A stretch of 64,000 bases of DNA, from IMG/VR virus record IMGVR_UViG_3300043449_000692, positions 32,212 through 96,211 of that record; one strand, written 5' to 3'. The position numbers were made by a program, and so were the translations under genes. This stretch comes from a virus. Positions 36,915 to 47,076 of the stretch are shown piece after piece. The first letter of the stretch is position 1, and every line of letters begins with the position of its first letter. The notes below the pieces were generated by a model. It had not been told where the DNA came from. It searched no databases and worked only from the letters and a program-made list of their open reading frames with translations.

Positions 36915-38627
36915 TTAGCATAGTTTGCTGAAGTTGTTGACCTTCTTGTAGGTCAAGATATTTTGGAACTTGTCTAGCAGTTGATCCGACTTGTGAGAAA
37001 TCACGAATATGTTGTTCGAACCGCCCATGCTCTGTAGGATCTTGATGACCTCTTCAGTACCCACGGCATCCAAAGAAGAATCAAATACCTCGTCCAAGAT
37101 GAGAAGGTTCGTGTTTGCACTGTTCTTCATTCTAGCAATGTCTCGCCATGCTAGCAAGAGGGACAGGTCGATTCTCAATTTTTCACCCTCACTGAAATTA
37201 TCATACGAAAATTCATCTCGGTGGCGGCTCTTGATTATTTCATTGAAGTCCTCGTTCAGCGTGAACTGTGCGAAGAAGTCCATTGAAATCAAATACTTGT
37301 TAATGATCTTGTTGAGAGCAGGAATGTATTTACGAATAATCTTGCGCTTGATTCCGCTGTCCTTCAGCAGCACCGTGGCAATCTCCATTGTGTGAAGATC
37401 CTCCACGAACTCCTTCCGCTGTGCTTCCGCGCCCTGCTCCTCCGTCTGTAGAGCAGCCATGCCGTCCCGCTCGGTCTGTACCGATCCCTTCTCCTCTTCG
37501 GTCTTGCGAGACAGATCCTGCAACTGCTTCATGTACTTCTTGGAGGATGCAATAGCAGAATCCGTCTTGTGGGACTCCTGCTTCTTCGATTCAATGAGGG
37601 ACAGAACCTCTGTGGACTTGTCCAGTTTAGTTCGTGCATCCTCAAGCATCGTCTGCATTTTTTGAAGTGCTGTGACCAACTCAATCTCACGGGAGTCCTT
37701 CTTGCCGATCATGTCCTGACGAAACTCGTCAGGCAATTCATGCTTGCACACAGGACACTCCTCGTTCTGTTCATAGAAGGACTTCTCCTCCTGAACCTTC
37801 TTCACACTAGACTGCATCTGCTTTCGCAGGGCAGTCATCTGCGAGATGGAGTCACGCTGCTTGTCAACGGATGCCACGCTCTCTGCAAGCGCAGCAATAT
37901 CGCTCTGAAGATCCGCCTTCTTCTCAAGCAGTGCAGTGAGTGCCGTCTGCTCTTCTGCTAGAGACTTGTTGTACGACTCCAACTGACTGTCGGACTTCTC
38001 CTCAATCTTGGCGATCATGTCCGCCTTGTGTTCTATCTTCAGTTTGAGGGTAGAAATCTGTGACTCCACGCCACGCAGTTCTTCCTTTGTGGAGGAGATG
38101 CGATTCTTCAGAGCCTCGTTCATCTTGGAGAACACATCAATGTCCAACAGGTTCTCTACGATGTTGCGGCGATCAGCAGCAGGAAGCCGCATGAACGGCA
38201 CATAGTTTGTGGAGCCAAGAATCACTACCTGACAGAATGTCTTGTAGTTCATCTTGAGGATTTGTCCCTCAAGAATGGCTTGGTAGTCCTTCGCATTAGC
38301 CGTCTGCTCAACGGTCTTGCCGTCCTTCTCAATGGTGAACACCTTGGGAGAAAGACCACGAACTACCTTGTATGCGTGTCCGTTCATGGTGAATTCAATC
38401 TCCACCACGCAGTCCTTGCCGTTGATGGAGTTCACGATCTGCGGCAGGTTGATGTTGCGGAACGGCTTGCCGTACAGCACAAAGGTAAGGGCATCCAACA
38501 TGGTGGTCTTACCCGCACCGTTCTCACCGCAGATGAGCGTGGTGGAGTGCTTGTCTAATTGCACTTCCGTGAAGTAGTTTCCCGTGCTTAAGAGATTCTT
38601 CCACCGTATCTTGTTGAATGTAATCAT
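36915..38627 (-). CDS. gp46: Recombination endonuclease subunit, SMC/Rad50-like
   Basis: WKNLLSTGN, GENGAGKTT, CPVC hook, FSEGEK, LDEVFDSSLD. Confidence 0.96.
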   Translation of the reverse strand: MITFNKIRWKNLLSTGNYFTEVQLDKHSTTLICGENGAGKTTMLDALTFVLYGKPFRNINLPQIVNSINGKDCVVEIEFTMNGHAYKVVRGLSPKVFTIEKDGKTVEQTANAKDYQAILEGQILKMNYKTFCQVVILGSTNYVPFMRLPAADRRNIVENLLDIDVFSKMNEALKNRISSTKEELRGVESQISTLKLKIEHKADMIAKIEEKSDSQLESYNKSLAEEQTALTALLEKKADLQSDIAALAESVASVDKQRDSISQMTALRKQMQSSVKKVQEEKSFYEQNEECPVCKHELPDEFRQDMIGKKDSREIELVTALQKMQTMLEDARTKLDKSTEVLSLIESKKQESHKTDSAIASSKKYMKQLQDLSRKTEEEKGSVQTERDGMAALQTEEQGAEAQRKEFVEDLHTMEIATVLLKDSGIKRKIIRKYIPALNKIINKYLISMDFFAQFTLNEDFNEIIKSRHRDEFSYDNFSEGEKLRIDLSLLLAWRDIARMKNSANTNLLILDEVFDSSLDAVGTEEVIKILQSMGGSNNIFVISHKSDQLLDKFQNILTYKKVNNFSKLC

Positions 38628-39691
38628 GGCTTGGCACTCTCGTTTGCAATGCACTCCGCATACAGTTCACGCACAAGCGTCTTCAGCCGCTTCGGATCGG
38701 AGATGTTCTGTAGGGCTTCGATCTCCTTGTTGATGATGGTGATCGTGTCCTCGCCCAAATCCACCGCTTCGCTGTCCCCGCTGTTCTGATCCACTTGCAG
38801 GTCTTCGATGATGGTGACCCCGTGTGGACTAGTGGAATACACCGAGTCAACGAATTTCTCAAACAGATACGGCTTCGTCTTCTGCTCCACTATGATGCGG
38901 ACAAACTTACCCCGTGTCCGCTCTTCATCCACCTTGATGTGGGTAGTCTCGCTTACCGCGCTGTCATCGTAGCGAATCTGCGTGAAAATTGTGTAGGGAT
39001 TCTTCACGAACTCCAATTCATGGGTTTCGGTGTCGAAAATATGAAACCCCTTCTTGTCACCGTAGTCATTCATGGTGATCTGATAGGGGCATCCCAAATA
39101 GTGGATGTTCTCGCGTGAATGACGAGTGTGGAAGTGTCCTGTGTACACAGCCTTGAACCGCTTGAATGGCTCGGGACTCATGCCACCGTCAAACGGTGTG
39201 TTCCGCAGCACCTGATAGCCGTTCAGTTCAAGGTGACCGCACAGGATTTGGGCAGGAGTTTCTGCGATGAACTTCAGCGATTCTGCTTCGTTCTCCTTGT
39301 TGATCCACGGCAGCAGAGCAATCGGTGTTCCGTCAAACTCAACGGTGGTTGGCTTGTCGTACACCACGAACTTATCGGAGAACAATTCCTGAAGCGAGTT
39401 CACCTCGCTCTTGTTCTTGAAGAAGATGTCGTGGTTGCCAAGAATGCAGTGCATGACTGCACCGCTCTCTTCAAGCCGCTTCACAAAACCGTTACGGACA
39501 GCATTCAGCGTGAGAAAGTTCACGAACTTGCGGCGATCAAGGAAATCGCCCATGTGAATAATGGTGGTTATTCCCTCTGCTTGAATACGCGGAAAGAACA
39601 CGCGGTCAAAGAACCGCATGAAGTGTTCCATGAATACAGGGGAATCATTACGCGCACCAAAGTGCGTGTCCGTCACGATGGCAATCTTCAC
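38624..39691 (-). CDS. gp47: Recombination endonuclease subunit, Mre11-like
   Basis: DTHFG, GDFLD, GNHD, GHLE, GHFH. Confidence 0.96.
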   Translation of the reverse strand: MKIAIVTDTHFGARNDSPVFMEHFMRFFDRVFFPRIQAEGITTIIHMGDFLDRRKFVNFLTLNAVRNGFVKRLEESGAVMHCILGNHDIFFKNKSEVNSLQELFSDKFVVYDKPTTVEFDGTPIALLPWINKENEAESLKFIAETPAQILCGHLELNGYQVLRNTPFDGGMSPEPFKRFKAVYTGHFHTRHSRENIHYLGCPYQITMNDYGDKKGFHIFDTETHELEFVKNPYTIFTQIRYDDSAVSETTHIKVDEERTRGKFVRIIVEQKTKPYLFEKFVDSVYSTSPHGVTIIEDLQVDQNSGDSEAVDLGEDTITIINKEIEALQNISDPKRLKTLVRELYAECIANESAKP

Positions 39692-40287
39692 TTCTTCTTG
39701 CCTTTCTTTGAAACCTTTGCTTTCGGCTTCTTTGGCTTCGTGGTCTTCTTCGGCTTTTCCACTGGCTCTTCCACTACTGCTTCAGATTCACCAGTCTTCT
39801 TTTCAAACGAGTTGATGTCATTCTCTGTCAGAAAAGTGGGCAGCGTTTCAAAGTTGTCGCCCACCTTCAGGTAGTTCTCACGGAACCACTTCTTCATCTG
39901 CGAGTCTACATCGCTCATCTCAATCTTCTTCAGTTTGATGTATGCCTGCTTCTTCTCCTTTTGAATGCGGCGAAGGAAAGCATAGTAGATGATCTGCGTG
40001 AAGTACGAGAACGGATTCTTCGACTTGGACGGATCAAAGTTGTATGCATACAGCAGGCAGTTTTCGATTCCGTCCGAGATCATCTCGTCACGATATGGAT
40101 AGTTGATGAAGTTTGGCTTGCGGGAAAGGTTCTCCGCAATCTTCATAAAGCACTCGCCAATGTAATGCGTAACAGGAGGATGCGGAGTTCCCGCCTTGTC
40201 CGCAGCATTCACTAGAGTTTTCCACTCCCGCATCTCTTCAAAAAACTGTTGATTGTCTATGTAATGTTCACTTTTCTTTTTCGCCAT
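39688..40287 (-). CDS. gp55: Late-transcription sigma factor
   Basis: HYIDN, YIGECFMKIA, NFINY, MISDGIENC, NPFSYFTQIIYYAFLRRIQKEKKQ. Confidence 0.96.
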   Translation of the reverse strand: MAKKKSEHYIDNQQFFEEMREWKTLVNAADKAGTPHPPVTHYIGECFMKIAENLSRKPNFINYPYRDEMISDGIENCLLYAYNFDPSKSKNPFSYFTQIIYYAFLRRIQKEKKQAYIKLKKIEMSDVDSQMKKWFRENYLKVGDNFETLPTFLTENDINSFEKKTGESEAVVEEPVEKPKKTTKPKKPKAKVSKKGKKK

Positions 40288-40306
40288 CGTGTTCCTTTCA
40301 CACATC

Positions 40307-40334
40307 ATTATCCATCATGTAATCTTTTTGTCAA
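40307..40334 (-). promoter_or_regulatory. sigma70-type promoter of gp55
   Basis: TTGACA-16 nt-GATAAT. Confidence 0.7.
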
Positions 40335-41227
40335 CCCTCATCTTGATTTTTTGGAGGCTCTTGTTCTGGCAAGTAGTCCTTCAGGTACGGCGACCAGTCA
40401 TCATGGCTGTTGCCGTAGTTGGGCTTCTTCTTTAGATCATCAGACGGCTCTTTCCACTCGTCCTTGGAAATCTTCTCCCGCTTGGGTTTCTTTTTCTTGG
40501 GCTTCTGTGGAACCTCGTCCTCTTCATCATTCATAATCTCTTCCAAGAAATCAGTACTCATAAAGTCCTGAACACTGTCCTTCAAATAGTCGATGAAGCC
40601 GCTCTCCACCCAAGCAGCAAGTATGTCTTGCGGAATGCTCACGCTGAACAGTATGGAGTTCGGCATTCGCGGAGGAATGCCCATGCCAGGATTCATAAAG
40701 GGGAGAGGCGTAGATGGAAGCGGATTAAGCGGTGGCTTGGAGGCATCCCAATCCATTCCGATAGGCTTGATTGCATCGCCAGAAAGTCCACGCGGCTCTT
40801 CCCTAGCCAACTGCTTCAGCATCTCCTCTAGTTTTTCGTCAATCTCATCGGTCATTTTCTGAAGGTCGGCTTCGGTCATGTTCGGAAACAGAGACTTCGG
40901 GTTCTTTGGTTGAGGGGAATTGTTTGTGTCCTCCACCTCTGTTTGTCGTGAATACAGAGAGATCATGTCTGGATCAGGAGACAGTTCCACCACGATGAAG
41001 TCCAATGGAATGTCCGCAGACAGTTCTGCGGTGTTTCCAAGCCAATTCGTGAAGAACACAAACTGACGCTTTGCTCCCGTGAACGGATCAGTCTGATAGT
41101 TCTCCACGATCTTCATGGGACGCTGCAACTTGATCTTGTCCTTGGACTTGCCAGCAACCTTCGCAATGATCTCTTCACCGCTACGAAGTTTGAAGACTCT
41201 GAGTTCCGATTTCTTGGCTCTTCTCAT
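40331..41227 (-). CDS. Hypothetical protein with Sm-like N-terminus and Pro-rich/charged tail
   Basis: FKLRSGEEIIAKV...P; usual position between uvsW and gp55. Confidence 0.7.
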   Translation of the reverse strand: MRRAKKSELRVFKLRSGEEIIAKVAGKSKDKIKLQRPMKIVENYQTDPFTGAKRQFVFFTNWLGNTAELSADIPLDFIVVELSPDPDMISLYSRQTEVEDTNNSPQPKNPKSLFPNMTEADLQKMTDEIDEKLEEMLKQLAREEPRGLSGDAIKPIGMDWDASKPPLNPLPSTPLPFMNPGMGIPPRMPNSILFSVSIPQDILAAWVESGFIDYLKDSVQDFMSTDFLEEIMNDEEDEVPQKPKKKKPKREKISKDEWKEPSDDLKKKPNYGNSHDDWSPYLKDYLPEQEPPKNQDEG

Positions 41228-42726
41228 GCGTCTTCTCCTAACTGTATCTTGACTAGTTTGTGTTCGAACCCTTCCGCTTCGTACAATCTCATACGCTCGT
41301 TCATGTGTCGTAGCGTATGGTTTTTCCAAGATTTCCACGAAAGGTCATCACCGATGTCGTAAAGTCGCGCCACCGTTTTGTCTTGCGACACCCGCAACTG
41401 TCGCCCTATGCTCTGTAGGACGCGAATGCGGGACTTGGACGGTGAGGCGAATATGATGTTGTGGAGGCGGCGAATAGAGATTCCTGTGCTGAATGTGCCA
41501 TATGATGCGATGATTACTGCATCGGATTCGCTTTCAACAATCTTACGAATCTCCTCTCTGTCAGCAGCCTCCGTACCACCATGCACAAAGAATACCTTAC
41601 GCTCGGGAGGAACGCAAGCCCTCACAAGACTATTTAGCACCTTTCCGTGGTCTTCTACGAATTGAAATAGTATGAGGGAGTTGCCCTTCAGTCGCTGACA
41701 CATACCCGCGATGAATGCGTTGCGCCGCTTGGAGCCGATGATCCATTTGATCTCGTCTTGATATTTTGCTCGCTTCACAGACTCACGATCAAGATCAGGA
41801 TATGATAGTAGCAAACACTCAATCTTTAGATCGCTGAGTATTTGCTTTTCCATGAGGGTTTTTGTTTTAGTGACCTCATACGCTTTTCCAAAAAGTCCCT
41901 CAAGCACCAATTTGTGAGTATTCGTGCCGTCTAGTGTTCCTGTGGTTCCCACACGATACGGACAGGTCTTTAGTTTGGACATGATGGCGGTGAGAGACTT
42001 CGACTTGAACAGGTGCGCCTCGTCACCAACCACTGCACCAAACTGCTGAAACCACTTCTCGCTCTGCTTGTATATGCTCTGCCAAGTGGACACCACCACC
42101 CGCTTGTCGCTGTTCTTTTCCTCACCCGACATGATCTTGTGGCAGTTGCTCTTCACGCTCCACCCATTCGCAGACGAGTAGTCCGTGAAATCAGACAGCA
42201 TCTGCTCCACAAGAGACACCGTTGGAACCACGATCAACACCTTCTTGTCCGATGGGATCTTGTCCAAATAGTAGCGCAGAAGAGTGTAGATGATGAGGCT
42301 CTTTCCGCTGCCTGTGGGAGACAGGAGCAAGCACCGCTCCTGCTGCATGGCGTGGTGTACTGCATTCACTTGGTGTTCGTGTGCGTCAACCTTCTTGCCA
42401 CCCACATGAACCTGCAAGAAGTCTTGCATGAACTTTCTCACAGCGTCAGGCGTGATGTTGATTTCGTTTCGCGCAGGAAAGGTAACGGTGTACTGCCGCT
42501 CGTCCGCAAACTTCTTGATGTAGTCCACCAAACCCGCGTAGATGAGTTGGCTATGGATGTTGTACAGTTTGATCTCACCATTCCACAGGCGAGAACGGTA
42601 TGCAGGCATGAACTTGTAGCCAGGCACCTTGAATGTGAAGTAATCAGACAGTTCATGCGCGATTCCCCTGTCGCACTGCACACGCACATGAACCGAATCG
42701 ACTACGCTCACATCAAGGTCAAACAT
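41224..42726 (-). CDS. uvsW: SF2 DNA helicase UvsW
   Basis: SPTGSGKS, DEAH, TGT, QSIGR. Confidence 0.96.
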   Translation of the reverse strand: MFDLDVSVVDSVHVRVQCDRGIAHELSDYFTFKVPGYKFMPAYRSRLWNGEIKLYNIHSQLIYAGLVDYIKKFADERQYTVTFPARNEINITPDAVRKFMQDFLQVHVGGKKVDAHEHQVNAVHHAMQQERCLLLSPTGSGKSLIIYTLLRYYLDKIPSDKKVLIVVPTVSLVEQMLSDFTDYSSANGWSVKSNCHKIMSGEEKNSDKRVVVSTWQSIYKQSEKWFQQFGAVVGDEAHLFKSKSLTAIMSKLKTCPYRVGTTGTLDGTNTHKLVLEGLFGKAYEVTKTKTLMEKQILSDLKIECLLLSYPDLDRESVKRAKYQDEIKWIIGSKRRNAFIAGMCQRLKGNSLILFQFVEDHGKVLNSLVRACVPPERKVFFVHGGTEAADREEIRKIVESESDAVIIASYGTFSTGISIRRLHNIIFASPSKSRIRVLQSIGRQLRVSQDKTVARLYDIGDDLSWKSWKNHTLRHMNERMRLYEAEGFEHKLVKIQLGEDA

Positions 42727-43259
42727 CAGATGAAATCCTCGTTTCCTACGACCCGACCAGAGAACCGTATACTGTATTTAGTTCCCAAGTCTCCGCTCCA
42801 ACCAACCACAGAGATGCCAGCGTCCTGCATCATCGTCAAACCGCTCCGTATGGACTCTTCCCACTTGGGAGAAGTTGCTTCCACCAAACGGCGCAGGGTG
42901 ACCACCCGCTTCACGCCAAAGCGAATGATACAGCGTGAACACTCCGCACACGCAGCCCAAGTGCAGTACACAGTCAATCCTTGAGTGGGAAGACCATTCT
43001 CAAGAGCCTTGAACAGCAAGTCTCGTTCTGCGTGTTCAGTGCAGTAGTTCTTTGTTTCAGGACTCTTCGGGTAGCCATTCAGACCCCTGACAACATGATT
43101 CCATCCCGACAACACCACACCCCCCGCAGGAAGCACAAGCACCGCTCCAACCTGTGTGTTTGTGTCGGTGCTGTTGTTTGCCACAGCAACAGCATCCTGT
43201 AGGTACATACGGTCAACCCACCAGTTGTTCTTGTCGGTTTGTAGCAGATCACTCTCCAT
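42726..43259 (-). CDS. dCMP deaminase-like Zn-dependent deaminase
   Basis: QVGAVLV, HAE, ACAEC. Confidence 0.82.
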   Translation of the reverse strand: MESDLLQTDKNNWWVDRMYLQDAVAVANNSTDTNTQVGAVLVLPAGGVVLSGWNHVVRGLNGYPKSPETKNYCTEHAERDLLFKALENGLPTQGLTVYCTWAACAECSRCIIRFGVKRVVTLRRLVEATSPKWEESIRSGLTMMQDAGISVVGWSGDLGTKYSIRFSGRVVGNEDFI

Positions 43260-43683
43260 TGGTGAATTTTCTCCACTCAATAGCGTTTCGGATCTTCCAG
43301 TGGCGAGTGTTCAACTCCTTCACCACCTCTTCAAGCAGAGCGACCTTTTCCTTCTGATACTGCGTCTTCTGCTGCAATTTGATAAGGTCAGTGTCGGAGT
43401 TCAAATACAGGTCGATGTCTTGGCGCAGAATCTTCAGGGCAAATGGTTGCCAACCACGCAAATCCAACTCTTCCTGCGACATCTTTCCTGTGTAGTATTC
43501 CCACTTCGCTCTCAACAGAATGCTATAGTCTGCCTCGGTCTTGCGCTGTACAAGTCGCTCGTCCATGAGGAAGTTAAGATACTTGCTGTGGAGTTGTGGA
43601 ATCTTCAGCGACTCTAGGTCAAGAGCCGCCTGATCCAAAACCATGTCACGCTTCAGTTCATCACGAATTTCATCTAGGGTCAT
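43249..43683 (-). CDS. uvsY: Recombination mediator UvsY
   Basis: IPQLHSKYL, WEYYTGK, IRNAIEWRKF. Confidence 0.93.
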   Translation of the reverse strand: MTLDEIRDELKRDMVLDQAALDLESLKIPQLHSKYLNFLMDERLVQRKTEADYSILLRAKWEYYTGKMSQEELDLRGWQPFALKILRQDIDLYLNSDTDLIKLQQKTQYQKEKVALLEEVVKELNTRHWKIRNAIEWRKFTNGE

Positions 43684-43704
43684 GCTGCGATTCTCCGTGT
43701 GGTG

Positions 43705-43732
43705 ATTCTACAGCACACAGGAATACAGTCAA
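43705..43732 (-). promoter_or_regulatory. sigma70-type promoter opening the replication module
   Basis: TTGACT-16 nt-TAGAAT, then GGAG RBS. Confidence 0.75.
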
Positions 43733-43739
43733 GTAAAAA

Positions 43740-44267
43740 TCAGTACACTTCAATATTGTAGTTTCGATACGCGAAAGTAGCCGTGCATTGGAACGGCTCT
43801 GGATCTGTCAGAATAGAAGAAAAGTCTATGGACGAGAGGGTTCTCGGATACACACCCTCGAAAGTCACATTCAATTTTGGATTCTTGTTGCTGTTCAAGA
43901 TCAATAGATTGGCTGTGCATAGATGCGTGTTCGATGCCTTGAATTCTTCATAGTCTTCCACATTCGTCATGGATCGCATCCAGTTGAATATTTCAAGCCA
44001 GTTCTTCATCTCTTCGTCCACAATGAATGTAATACTCAACTCGTCAAAATCCAGTTTCGTTGGCTGCTTCACCGCCATGAATGGAGTAGGCATAAGCACC
44101 TCTCCCATAGTCACGGTCGGCAGGGACGCGCTCTGGCAGAAGTATGTGGTGTACGGCAGTCTAGAGATATAGAAGCGGTAGTACGAGGGCAGCAACTGAT
44201 TGATGCGCTCAGGATACCGATCCTTGATATCTTCGGGAATGTCTTCAAAAGAAAATGGGTTTGCCAT
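43740..44267 (-). CDS. gp3: Tail completion/tube-terminator protein
   Basis: YFCQSASLP, FIVDEEMKNWLEIFNW; position after gp23. Confidence 0.85.
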   Translation of the reverse strand: MANPFSFEDIPEDIKDRYPERINQLLPSYYRFYISRLPYTTYFCQSASLPTVTMGEVLMPTPFMAVKQPTKLDFDELSITFIVDEEMKNWLEIFNWMRSMTNVEDYEEFKASNTHLCTANLLILNSNKNPKLNVTFEGVYPRTLSSIDFSSILTDPEPFQCTATFAYRNYNIEVY

Positions 44268-44272
44268 ACTAG

Positions 44273-44279
44273 TATGTAG
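44273..44279 (-). promoter_or_regulatory. Putative late promoter CTACATA, 5 nt from the gp3 ATG (leaderless)
   Basis: CTACATA-CTAGT-ATG right after the gp23 terminator. Confidence 0.65.
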
Positions 44280-44310
44280 AAAAGAAAAGGGGAGGGCTTT
44301 CGCCCTCCCC
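44280..44310 (-). terminator. Intrinsic terminator after the major capsid gene
   Basis: GGGGAGGGC-GAAA-GCCCTCCCC followed by TTTTCTTTT. Confidence 0.92.
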
Positions 44311-44336
44311 CGTTCGGTTCGTTACCGTTGCTTCTA

Positions 44337-45782
44337 TTACGAAGCCACGCCGTGGAGGTTATCCACGCGGAACATACGGTAGTAGCGGTTGCTACGAGCG
44401 TTGAGTACGCCGCTTCCAACTGATGCACCTTCCGCGAAGGGGTTCGCAACCATGCCGTAGCGGGTCTTGAACGCCATCTTGGGCTGGAACGAGGAGGTAT
44501 CAACTGCACGCATCATCTGTAGCGGGACATAGGGGCAGTAGAACAGACCCGCATCATACGGGCTAGTTCCCTTATATCCAACGCAGACGAAGTTCGAACC
44601 ACTGGTAGCAGTGGTGTCGATGTACGGATCAATGTACACCTTGATCTTGCCGTTGAGGGTACCAGCAAAGGTGTTGCCAGTGTCATCAACATCAAGGCTG
44701 ACATTCAGCGCGGGGCTGATGTTCAGGAAGCCACCCATTGCGAGGGCTGAAGCAACATCTGCGGAGCAGATGATGAAGTTGCCCTTGCCACGGCGGGTGT
44801 CCTTGGCGATCTGATTGCACTCACGCTCAATCTGGAACATCAGACCACGGAACTTCTCCGCGCTCCAACGACCATCCGAGTCCTGAATGAGATCGTAAAC
44901 GCCGCCAACACCAACTGCACCAGTGGTCATACCACCGCCAACGGTCTTGTAATACAGATCGCCCTGTTGCGCTCCGAGGCGTGCGCTGCGGTAAACCGTG
45001 CGAACGACTTCGCGGTTGATTTCAGCAAGGATTTCTGTGCTGAGAATGTTGGCGAGTTCTGTCTCAGCGTCAAGACCGTGAACAGCCTTGAGATCCTGAG
45101 CCAGTTCAACCGAGTAAGATGCAGCGAGAGCGCGAGTACGGGCTTCTACGGCTACACGCTCAATGGTGAATGCCATCTGAGCAGGCGAAAGACCTTCACC
45201 CGTGCTGGTGTTCATACCTGTGCCGCTGGTAACACCAGAAGCAGCAGTCGGATCACCGAGGTTAGGAACGCCCTGGAACGGATCAACAAAGAACGATGAG
45301 AAGGTTGTGCCTGTGGTTGCACTAGTGACCGTTCCCTTGCTGCTGTTGTTGCCAGTAACACCCGAGAACGCAACCTGCGGCTCGTTGTAGAACGCCTCTG
45401 CTCCCAACGCACCACCATCACTGGTCGTAGCGTACTTGGTACGCATTGCGAAGATCAGACCTGTCGGAGCCGACATAGCCTGAACGCCGCAGATGTCGTA
45501 AGCCATGAGATTTGGCATAGCGCGGCGAACCAATTGGATCAGAATTGGATCGTAGCCCTGAATCTGTGCGTTGCTATCGCTGCCGACAACGCCAGTGCCA
45601 GTCATGGTGCTAGTCGGACCTTCAGTCAGCATCTGCTGCTTGATTGCCTTCTCCTGGTTCTCCAGAAGGGTGGCAAGGGTAGCGCGCTTGTGGCTGTCCG
45701 TGATGGGAGCCATGTCCTTGTGGTCGAGAACAGGCTTCCACTTGCGGAGTGCCTGCTCGGTTAGAAACTTTTCTTCTGCCAT
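44337..45782 (-). CDS. gp23: Major capsid protein
   Basis: LVRRAMPNLMAYDICGVQ, ELAQDLKAVHGLDAE, YCPYVPL, FKTRYG. Confidence 0.98.
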   Translation of the reverse strand: MAEEKFLTEQALRKWKPVLDHKDMAPITDSHKRATLATLLENQEKAIKQQMLTEGPTSTMTGTGVVGSDSNAQIQGYDPILIQLVRRAMPNLMAYDICGVQAMSAPTGLIFAMRTKYATTSDGGALGAEAFYNEPQVAFSGVTGNNSSKGTVTSATTGTTFSSFFVDPFQGVPNLGDPTAASGVTSGTGMNTSTGEGLSPAQMAFTIERVAVEARTRALAASYSVELAQDLKAVHGLDAETELANILSTEILAEINREVVRTVYRSARLGAQQGDLYYKTVGGGMTTGAVGVGGVYDLIQDSDGRWSAEKFRGLMFQIERECNQIAKDTRRGKGNFIICSADVASALAMGGFLNISPALNVSLDVDDTGNTFAGTLNGKIKVYIDPYIDTTATSGSNFVCVGYKGTSPYDAGLFYCPYVPLQMMRAVDTSSFQPKMAFKTRYGMVANPFAEGASVGSGVLNARSNRYYRMFRVDNLHGVAS

Positions 45783-45806
45783 TTTAGTATCTCCTTGAAA
45801 CTTTTA

Positions 45807-45823
45807 AACAGTCTATGACTGTG
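45807..45823 (-). promoter_or_regulatory. Leader hairpin upstream of gp23
   Basis: ACAGTC-ATA-GACTGT; shares CAGTCATAGA with the gp18 leader. Confidence 0.55.
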
Positions 45824-45825
45824 AA

Positions 45826-47040
45826 TTACTCTCGTGTCTTGCTCATTGAGCGCACATATGCCTCAACAAGCGGGGAAGCCTCGGAAGCGTCCTCGTAGGA
45901 TTCCTCTAGGGACTCCTCCGTGGCTTCTCCCTCGGTAACGGTGTTGCCGATGGTTTCGATGTTCTCGCGGAGAACACCCAACTTTTCGGCAAATTGCTCT
46001 ACGGTGTCGAACTCAAGGTCTTCGGCAAGACGGCGAAGTTTCTCGCTGTCGGTGTCGGTTAGACCCTCTGCGATCTCGCGGAACACGATCTCGCATTTCA
46101 ACTGCTCAACCTCTTCCGCGAGTTCGATGTTCTTCTCAACCTGGCTCTGTAGTTCGCCGTCAAGCACTTCAGCCTGCTCAACGGTGGACTCAAACAGATC
46201 CAACTTCTCCTCGGGAACCTCAATGTACGACTCGGCAAAGAGCGAACGGAGGTTGCCAATGAAGTTCTCGGTGATCTCGGTGCGGAGTCCCTGCTCAACA
46301 GCCAGACGGTTCTCCTGCATCCACTCTTCGACCACATAGTTGAGGTAGTCGTCAATGCGCTCAACGAGTTCTTCGGTGACAGCAACGGTGTGCTGCTCAA
46401 GCAGATCCTCGTACTGTCCCTTCAACTGCTCTTCGATCTGGTGAACGCGCTCGTTGATGTGAGCCTCGAAAAGGGTTGCAGCCTGCGACTTGAACTCTTC
46501 GGAGAGTTCCTGACCGCTGAACATGGCTGCAATCTCTTCCTTCATAGCCTTGGGTGTCTCAACCTTGCTGCTGGCAGCAGATGGCTTTGCCTTGATAGTA
46601 GCCATGTTCTTGCCACTCGCATCACCAGTTGGCTCTGCGATCTTGGCAGTCTTGCCGTTGGCGGTCTTGTACATCTTCTCGCTGGCGTAGTCAGAAGCGG
46701 ATTCTTCCATCTTTTCCTTGCCCTTCTTGCCAAACTTGCCCTTGAGGAAGGCAGGCATCTTCTTCTTGCCCTTGGAGTCCTCTTCGTCCTCCTCCTCTTC
46801 TTCCTCTTCCTCTTCTTCCTCTTCTTCCTCGGACTCTTCGTCCTTGGCTTCTTCGAGGGTTTCCTCTTCAACTACTTCTTCGCCGCCCTCTTCGAACGAC
46901 TCGTCAGCAGCGAGAGTTTCCTCATCGGAGGTGTCTTCTCCCTCGACTGTCTGCTCGTTCTCGGGGTCGGTGTTCTCGGCTAGGAATCCCTCGCCAAGAA
47001 TGACCTTCTTGATGACATCTTCGATGTTTTCTCTTGCCAT
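45826..47040 (-). CDS. gp22: Prohead core scaffold protein
   Basis: LSEEFK, YLNYVVEEWM.EN, poly-Glu tract; position between gp21 and gp23. Confidence 0.92.
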   Translation of the reverse strand: MARENIEDVIKKVILGEGFLAENTDPENEQTVEGEDTSDEETLAADESFEEGGEEVVEEETLEEAKDEESEEEEEEEEEEEEEEDEEDSKGKKKMPAFLKGKFGKKGKEKMEESASDYASEKMYKTANGKTAKIAEPTGDASGKNMATIKAKPSAASSKVETPKAMKEEIAAMFSGQELSEEFKSQAATLFEAHINERVHQIEEQLKGQYEDLLEQHTVAVTEELVERIDDYLNYVVEEWMQENRLAVEQGLRTEITENFIGNLRSLFAESYIEVPEEKLDLFESTVEQAEVLDGELQSQVEKNIELAEEVEQLKCEIVFREIAEGLTDTDSEKLRRLAEDLEFDTVEQFAEKLGVLRENIETIGNTVTEGEATEESLEESYEDASEASPLVEAYVRSMSKTRE

Positions 47041-47064
47041 GACTGTGAGTCTCCTTCTAGGAAA

Positions 47065-47071
47065 TATGTAG
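47065..47071 (-). promoter_or_regulatory. Putative late promoter CTACATA upstream of gp22
   Basis: Intergenic, before the AAGGAG RBS. Confidence 0.65.
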
Positions 47072-47076
47072 AACCG

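Noticed and set aside
46770-46880. (TCT/TCC)n simple repeat
   Set aside because: Encodes the poly-Glu tract of scaffold gp22
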